Shown here one piece after another: positions 58,116 through 64,000 of a DNA stretch of 64,000 nt (its first letter is position 1; each line of letters opens with the position of its first letter). The stretch is taken from contig DIZX01000009.1 of the NCBI GenBank assembly GCA_002429485.1, positions 5,461-69,460 on the forward strand, written 5' to 3'. Under the pieces are notes generated by a model. The model saw nothing but the letters and a program-made list of their open reading frames with translations, had not been told where the DNA came from and made no database searches. The translations under genes were made by a program, and so were the position numbers. This DNA comes from Patescibacteria group bacterium UBA6017. GTDB lineage: Bacteria; Patescibacteriota; Saccharimonadia; UBA4664.

Positions 58116-61100
58116 TTGAATCGACCGCCATCATTATCCTTGCTGTCTCGATGAGAACTTTGATAATCATTTGGTAATGATCGATGTCTTCGTTTGAAAC
58201 TTTTTTTCCTTTGCGATCTTTGAGCCACTTTTGCGCTGGCTGATAGCCACCTATATAGAAATTCCATGCAACATCTGGCACGTTGCCAAAATATTGAGAA
58301 TCGTTAATCCAAACTTGCCCCTCCGTGTAAGATATTCTATCTATCTCATCGCTTCCGGTAATTGGATAAGTAGTTGCATACTCATGGGCAAGTGTTGACG
58401 TCATAAGGTGGAGCCCGCGTAACTCCCGACCGAGCGCTATGAGCCTTACAAACCTGTCATTGCCGTTCGGTACTGGGACTCGCGGGAAGTCGGCTTTGAG
58501 GAACTCCTTATACATCTCTCGGTATTCGGGCGAATGCAGTGAGGCATAGATGTAGTCAAGAATGTCTTCCGGCGAATATTTTATGGTGAGGTTTTTTGTT
58601 AGTTGTTTAAGAGTATCGGGCTTAAAATTTGGTGTTCGTGTGCTGTCGTCGTGATATATGTAGAGGGGAAAAACAACTCCTCCGCCTCGGTAAAATAAGT
58701 TTAAATCGGACACGGTATCCTGCACGTATGCTAGGTTCCAGATGCCAGCTCCGACAGCCTGTCCTTGTCGCCCAATTGTAATACTTAGGTTTGGTTCGAG
58801 CATGTTCCTCAATACTTCATAGCGTGGCCAGTCGATTAGCCGCGTGTCATAAGCTATCTCGCGATTATCTAGTGGCCGGTATGAATATTTAATAATGTAT
58901 TCCTTTTCGCTTTGTTTGAACGAGCGTCTAACGCCATGGATTTCCCAACCTCGAGTGTCTCCGGGTAAATACTTGGTCGATCCAGGCTTGAAATATTTCG
59001 CCCGAATATCTGCATCTGATATCTGCAGGTCCAGAAAATCTTCTAGCCTTCTTTTTAATATATTCTTATCAAAATCCACTACAAAATTATCGCGAGATGT
59101 CTGGACCCCACTTGTTCCGCTGATGAATAGACTATTCACATCTACTCCCTCGTCGTATTTTGCGCGCCCTACATCGTTCTGTGGGGCGAATGTCAGTGTC
59201 TTCGCGTTTAGCGTGAGTTTGCTCCAATTGATGTCTTGGGTTAAAGCAATAAACTTATCTTTCCGAAGCCCAAAAAGCTTCGCATGCGAGACTTCAGCTA
59301 ATTGGCCTTTTCGTTTTGTGTTGGTTTTGACGGCGATCAAGATTGCTACACCTTGCATGATATCAAAAACGTTCTCGTCCTTATGCCCGTCCGGTGAAAT
59401 TTCTTTTTTAATTGTGTTGCCATGAAGATCAAGTACATAAATTTGATCAAAGGTTTTAGCGAGGTGCCATCGCATACCCCTGAAGGTTGGGTTGTCGAGA
59501 TAGCCGTGGTTCGTAATCATCGCAACCACGCCCTCTCCGTTTTTTTCGATTAGATCTTCTGTAAATGCAATGAATTTAACGTAGTCGTCGTTTAGCCAGT
59601 GCTTTCGTTCCTGTAGTTTTTGCTTACCACCGGGTTCAAATTTATATTTATCAACGAGTTTATTTGCATATGGAGTGTTATTGGAACTTACACCGGAATA
59701 TGGCGGATTCCCCATCACAATCATAATTGGACGTTCATGCTTAATAACGCTGGCTTTTCGGCTTTCTTCTGCCACTACATCGGCTAGGCCGAAATGAGAG
59801 AATAGATCGGATTGATTAGGGGAACCCTCCTCGAGCGTGTTGGTTAGGAATACGCCTAGGCGATCGGTGAGATCGGTGACACCTGTTTCTTGTAGGGTCA
59901 TGCCTAATTTTAGATGTGCGATCGTATATGGCGCCATCATGAGTTCGAAGCCATATAATCTGGGCAGTAGGTCTGTTTTTACATATGCGGGCCAGCGGCC
60001 TTCTTGGCCTCTGAAGCTTTCATGGATGAATTTGATGGTTTCATTCAGGAAGGTGGCTGTGCCGACGGCGGGGTCTAGAACTTGCACGCGGTGGAGTGTA
60101 TTTTTCGTGCCTGCTTTTAAGGTGCCGATGGTTCTTTTTTCTGTGTCAGCCAGGCCTTTTGGAATATTGAAGTCACGTTTGAGGATCTCGTCAACTTGCC
60201 GAACAATGAATCGAACGACGGGGACTGGGGTGTAGTAGGCTCCCATTTTTTTACGTTCTGCGGGGTCGTATTCTTTCAGAAAATCTTCATAAAAATGTAT
60301 TATGGGATCTTTATTCCCGTGTTCGGCGGCTATAACTTTGAGATGTTTGTTTACTATATCCTTCACGTCGCTGACCATGAAAACTTCGCAAAGCTCATCG
60401 ACAATATAACTTAGGCGTGCATCAAAATCGCTACCCGCGATATGATCGAAGAATTTGCGCAGGAATGGGTTGCTCTTTGGCACGAGGTCGCGCGCTTCTT
60501 GGCGAGTAAAATCTTCAGGAGTTGTGTCGCCGAAACGTGCCACAAACAGTCCGTAGACTAGGGTTTGAGCGTACATATCTGCGAATTTTTCAGCTGTCAG
60601 GTCGTGGACTAGCAGCTGGCGAAGCATGGCATAGATTTTTTCTAGCTCGGTATTGCTTTTGCTGTCGGCGTGCGCTAGGTAGAGCGTCACATTGTCACGG
60701 ATGCGACGGGCTTTGGCGCCCATGATTTCGGCTAGTCGGCGTCCGGATCGAATTCGTTCAGGGGGGAGACGCAAGAACTCGGCTAGTTCATCGGCAAGCT
60801 GTGGTGCTATTGTACGATCGGGAATAAGGATGCCATCTTTTATGCTCCCGAGTCGGAGGGTTTTGTATTTTTCGCCATTCTTGTAGAAACGAAATTCCAG
60901 ATAATCAGTCAGGAAAAGGTTGGCGTATCCTCCGTATCGTTGCATTTGGTTAGTTTTTTCGGTTTTATCTAGGCTGACATTTACGTCTTTTGCCTCTGCG
61001 TAGCCCAATATCATACTATGATTAGTCTTTTTCAAGAAAACCATATCTGGATTGCCATGTTCGCTCCTGCCAGGATCGTTGACTGCCCTGCAATCGTCAA

Positions 61101-61218
61101 AACTCTCCATAAGCTGCTGAAGAGCGGGTCGGTAGGCGTGCTCTCGCGCATGCCCTGTCGCTAGCTGGGACTGAACCTCGGCTAAATATTTTGTTACTGC
61201 AGCGGAGTTATTTGCCAT
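58108..61218 (-). CDS. Single-chain restriction-modification enzyme (Type IIG / Type ISP-like, N6-adenine MTase)
   Basis: N-terminal PD...EAK nuclease motif, GAYYTP, VLDPAVGTATF, GNPPY, C-terminal YIYA.LHS..YR..Y...LK.DFPRVP TRD region. Confidence 0.9.
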   Translation of the reverse strand: MANNSAAVTKYLAEVQSQLATGHAREHAYRPALQQLMESFDDCRAVNDPGRSEHGNPDMVFLKKTNHSMILGYAEAKDVNVSLDKTEKTNQMQRYGGYANLFLTDYLEFRFYKNGEKYKTLRLGSIKDGILIPDRTIAPQLADELAEFLRLPPERIRSGRRLAEIMGAKARRIRDNVTLYLAHADSKSNTELEKIYAMLRQLLVHDLTAEKFADMYAQTLVYGLFVARFGDTTPEDFTRQEARDLVPKSNPFLRKFFDHIAGSDFDARLSYIVDELCEVFMVSDVKDIVNKHLKVIAAEHGNKDPIIHFYEDFLKEYDPAERKKMGAYYTPVPVVRFIVRQVDEILKRDFNIPKGLADTEKRTIGTLKAGTKNTLHRVQVLDPAVGTATFLNETIKFIHESFRGQEGRWPAYVKTDLLPRLYGFELMMAPYTIAHLKLGMTLQETGVTDLTDRLGVFLTNTLEEGSPNQSDLFSHFGLADVVAEESRKASVIKHERPIMIVMGNPPYSGVSSNNTPYANKLVDKYKFEPGGKQKLQERKHWLNDDYVKFIAFTEDLIEKNGEGVVAMITNHGYLDNPTFRGMRWHLAKTFDQIYVLDLHGNTIKKEISPDGHKDENVFDIMQGVAILIAVKTNTKRKGQLAEVSHAKLFGLRKDKFIALTQDINWSKLTLNAKTLTFAPQNDVGRAKYDEGVDVNSLFISGTSGVQTSRDNFVVDFDKNILKRRLEDFLDLQISDADIRAKYFKPGSTKYLPGDTRGWEIHGVRRSFKQSEKEYIIKYSYRPLDNREIAYDTRLIDWPRYEVLRNMLEPNLSITIGRQGQAVGAGIWNLAYVQDTVSDLNLFYRGGGVVFPLYIYHDDSTRTPNFKPDTLKQLTKNLTIKYSPEDILDYIYASLHSPEYREMYKEFLKADFPRVPVPNGNDRFVRLIALGRELRGLHLMTSTLAHEYATTYPITGSDEIDRISYTEGQVWINDSQYFGNVPDVAWNFYIGGYQPAQKWLKDRKGKKVSNEDIDHYQMIIKVLIETARIMMAVDSSG

Positions 61219-61249
61219 GTATTGCCATTATACCCTGATTATTCCTAGC

Positions 61250-61876
61250 TTAAGGCCAGGTGATCTTTTCGATGATGCGCTCTTTTTGAATTCGGCGGGT
61301 AATAACGGCCTCTGAAGTGCCGAATACAAACGCTATAGCTGGGGTTAGGCTCGCTAGTATGAGGGGTAATCCAACATTAAGTTTCTGAAGTTCATCGCGA
61401 TTTGCATTGAGCAGAGTCTGCGCTGTAGACAAGAGCGTTTCGGGTGGTACGAGGAGCCTACCGGCGAATTCGTCGGCATCGCGCTCGAGAGCGGTGTATT
61501 CGTCGTCCGTGATGGTTTTCATAAAATTATATGCATCGCTCATGTTCTTGAGATTCAGACTTTCGTAAAAATCACGGTGGAGGAGCCGGTGTCCGAGTTC
61601 ATGGGCTAGGCTGAATCGTAGGCGGTTACTAAATAGGCTATCCATGTACTCATCCTGATCGACATAGATAATATCCATATTGGACATGATTAGGGCGTCG
61701 ATATCGTACATTTCTTTGAGTTGTTTTACGGGACGAACTTCGATCTGTAGATCGAGCTCAATTATGGCCATGATATCGACCGGAAGCTCCCCCGCTGCAT
61801 TTTGTTCTCGGAATTCATCGGCGACTTTGCGGAGATGGTTGACGGCGTATTTGGGTAGCTCCGGTCGTGTGCTCAT
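61250..61876 (-). CDS. ImmA/IrrE family metallopeptidase
   Basis: RLRFSLAHELGH..LH, ERDADEFAGRLLVP. Confidence 0.92.
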   Translation of the reverse strand: MSTRPELPKYAVNHLRKVADEFREQNAAGELPVDIMAIIELDLQIEVRPVKQLKEMYDIDALIMSNMDIIYVDQDEYMDSLFSNRLRFSLAHELGHRLLHRDFYESLNLKNMSDAYNFMKTITDDEYTALERDADEFAGRLLVPPETLLSTAQTLLNANRDELQKLNVGLPLILASLTPAIAFVFGTSEAVITRRIQKERIIEKITWP

Positions 61877-61879
61877 GAA

Positions 61880-62251
61880 TTAGCTTTCTTTCAATAGTTC
61901 GATGAGTTTTTCGATTTCTTCTTTGGTGGGCTTTTGGCCGCGCAGAGTACGGAAGAATGCTGGGATGTGTTCCATGATGTTTTCTTGCTCCAGGATATCT
62001 TTCGGGATCATTCCCTTGGATAGAGACACGTTGTCCAGGAAAGCTTGGTGCTCGGGGGTGTCGGCTTTGAGCTCTAGTGCTGTGCTCCAGTGCTCTAGGG
62101 TTTCGGTATCTGATGGGGGCGGTAAGATGCCTCGTTCGATCTTGCTCCAATTGCTGGGGTCATACTCGGCAGCACGACAGACGTCACGAAGTGACAATCG
62201 TTTACTTATTCTTAATTCGCGTAGGTATTCGCCGAAAGGTTTGCTCACCAT
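61880..62251 (-). CDS. XRE-family HTH transcriptional regulator
   Basis: FGEYLRELR...LSLR.......SNWSKIERG...PP. Confidence 0.92.
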   Translation of the reverse strand: MVSKPFGEYLRELRISKRLSLRDVCRAAEYDPSNWSKIERGILPPPSDTETLEHWSTALELKADTPEHQAFLDNVSLSKGMIPKDILEQENIMEHIPAFFRTLRGQKPTKEEIEKLIELLKES

Positions 62252-62271
62252 GGCCTCCTGCTGATTAATTA

Positions 62272-62314
62272 TCGTGGTATTGATTTACTACGAACTGTGG
62301 TAATATCCTACCAT
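62272..62314. promoter_or_regulatory. Tandem palindromic operator, GTGGTA-N6-TACYA x2
   Basis: TCGTGGTA-ttgatt-TACTACGA and GTGGTA-atatcc-TACCAT between the divergent XRE and DUF2188 genes. Confidence 0.6.
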
Positions 62315-62344
62315 ATACTAATTTTAAGTACAACGGGGGTTATT

Positions 62345-62569
62345 ATGGCAAATCGCCATGTGGTACCACATAACGGTAAATGGGCGGATCGGGCCGAAGG
62401 AGCAAGTCGAGTTGGAGGTATTTATGATACTCAGGCTCAAGCATTTGATGCTGGTCGTGCGCGGGTAATTAATAGTGGCGGGGGCGAATTGCGAATTCAC
62501 GGCGAGAACGGCAAGATTCGTGATAGCAATACTTACGGCAAGGTTGATCCATACCCGCCAAAGGGTTAG
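62345..62569 (+). CDS. DUF2188 domain protein
   Basis: HVVP....W...EGA.R....TQ..A...GEL.IH..NG.IR...TYG.DP.PPKG. Confidence 0.92.
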   Translation: MANRHVVPHNGKWADRAEGASRVGGIYDTQAQAFDAGRARVINSGGGELRIHGENGKIRDSNTYGKVDPYPPKG

Positions 62570-62593
62570 TAGGTATACGGCCTAAGGCAGAAG

Positions 62594-62629
62594 CGGCCGG
62601 GCAACCCTATGAGGGTTACCCGGCTTTTT
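62594..62629 (+). terminator. Terminator after DUF2188
   Basis: GCCGGGCAACCCT-ATG-AGGGTTACCCGGC-TTTT. Confidence 0.7.
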
Positions 62630-62911
62630 GGGCGTGATTGGAGCACACGGATCGGTACTTCAGTCGGCTGCCGCCCTGCAGTGGGCGGACTCGGTCATGA
62701 AGCGAGGGCGGCTTATATTCAGGTGAGTTCTCTCATCGTAAGGGCAGCTCAAAAACCGTCAAAGTCGTTCCAGCTTTGTGGAGCTGGGTTGCTATACACA
62801 AAACGGGCATCTCACTGGTATACGATTATTTATTCAGGTACCCAAGATAGAACGGCCCACCAACATGCTGGTGGGCCGTTCTATCTTGGGAGACTTTGCG
62901 TTTAACTTAAG

Positions 62912-63526
62912 CTATAGGTCTTTGTCATCGATATCGGCTTTGTAAGATCCAGCCCGCTGGTCGGAGGCAGTTTCGTTTTGTACCTCGCCGAATGCGGGTT
63001 GCTGCCGCTGGGCTCTGTTTGTTGAAGTCTTTTTTGACCCCGCGGTCGCCTGATCCGCGTTGGCCGAAGGTTCCGTGTCCTCCACTTCCTCCAGCACGAC
63101 GTACTTGCGCAGACGCATGCGTCCGGGTTCATGCTGCTGCCTATCCTCTTGCGACGCCTGGTCGGATTGCGTCATACCCGTGTCGTCGGTCTGGCTGGCA
63201 CCGACTAGGTCTCTAGCCCCATTTATAGAGTAGTGCGTGTACAAGCGATCTTCTTCGTCCGCCGCCAAGTATTCGTCAGCGTCGATACTTGGCGCACTCA
63301 AGATCGCTTCCTTTGCGTAAGGGGTTTTGTAGCCATCCTCGTGCTTGGTCACGTCAGTTAGCGGTACATAGTGCTGCTTCAGGCCGAATATCCCGCTCGA
63401 TATCGTAGCCCACTTTGGCTGGTCACTTTCGTCGTCTAAATATAGATCCTGAAACTTACCAATCTTTTCACCGTTGTTATCGTAAAGATTCATCCCTTCG
63501 AAATTATTGTAGTTCGGTCCCGTCAT
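62912..63526 (-). CDS. PRC-barrel domain protein (YsnF-like)
   Basis: GAGGAGG SD; LYDNNGEKIG...LYLDD...P.W.....G.FG....VPL, EE.RLY.HY, RLRKYV. Confidence 0.85.
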   Translation of the reverse strand: MTGPNYNNFEGMNLYDNNGEKIGKFQDLYLDDESDQPKWATISSGIFGLKQHYVPLTDVTKHEDGYKTPYAKEAILSAPSIDADEYLAADEEDRLYTHYSINGARDLVGASQTDDTGMTQSDQASQEDRQQHEPGRMRLRKYVVLEEVEDTEPSANADQATAGSKKTSTNRAQRQQPAFGEVQNETASDQRAGSYKADIDDKDL

Positions 63527-63674
63527 ATTTACCTCCTCGTTACCTAAATTACAGCCTACGCGCAACCATAAACCGTTAATGTAGGCGAAGTCACAATTGC
63601 TTCAGTCTCTCGTGAAGTTGCCCAATGTGGTGACGGTCCATTTCTGACAAGCTTAATTCGTAAAGGAGGTTCTC

Positions 63675-64000
63675 ATGGACTCGAGTCGTCAAAAAATGGA
63701 ATATGGTGGATTTAATTGGAGTGCAGCCTTCTTTGGATGGCTGGTTGCGGCTGCAGTCGGTGTGCTACTCACAGCTTTACTCACGGCTATTGGAGGAGTG
63801 TTCGTTGTTGCGACGGGCGCAGGCAATGTGATGGCCAATCTAAAATCAATTAGTATTATGAGCGGTATTTTATTCCTTCTAGCGCTAGGTTTGTCTTACT
63901 ACGCCGGAGGTTATGTAGCCGGGCGCATGTCTCGTTTCGATGGCGGCCGTCAAGGTTTTGGAGTATGGGTAATGGCGCTCATTGTTACGTTGGTGCTATC
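63675..64000 (+). CDS. Membrane protein, partial (runs off window)
   Basis: AAAGGAGG SD; ...YGGFNWSAAFFGWLVA...YYAGGYVAGRMSRFDGGRQG. Confidence 0.75.
   Translation, partial: MDSSRQKMEYGGFNWSAAFFGWLVAAAVGVLLTALLTAIGGVFVVATGAGNVMANLKSISIMSGILFLLALGLSYYAGGYVAGRMSRFDGGRQGFGVWVMALIVTLVL

Noticed and set aside
54789-62569. Prophage or ICE call for the RhuM-RM-ImmA-XRE region
   Set aside because: No integrase, structural, replication or conjugation genes and no flanking repeats seen

Overview
64 kb of bacterial chromosome. Gene content and style (short intergenic gaps, many apparently leaderless genes, stand-alone receiver domains, sortase, LysM-Rpf, DUF475, DUF3048, PEGA, PIF1, DUF2779) suggest a Patescibacteria/CPR organism, probably Saccharibacteria; this is inference. 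Backbone genes include scpA (partial), two two-component pairs, murI, cmk, galE, gltX, mreB, a sortase, tRNA-Glu(CTC) and tRNA-Leu(CAA). Main points of interest: (1) a six-gene operon at 46065-52388 coupling a NOX/ferric-reductase-type membrane oxidoreductase to two membrane-anchored cytochrome b5-like domains on stalks of 1 and 7 Cys-paired Ig-like repeats, a candidate extracellular redox apparatus; (2) a 5.3 kb integrase-less cassette at tRNA-Glu bounded by a 49 bp direct repeat, encoding a 2-deoxy-scyllo-inosose synthase-like cyclase, SDR, GHMP kinase, HIT-motif protein and Nudix hydrolase; (3) stacked cassettes behind tRNA-Leu separated by related att-like scars; (4) an XRE/ImmA-regulated restriction-modification plus membrane protein locus with a visible tandem operator; (5) a cluster of secreted glycan-active enzymes. 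No CRISPR array, rRNA or intact integrase/transposase was seen. All family calls are from motif recognition by eye, not database searches.
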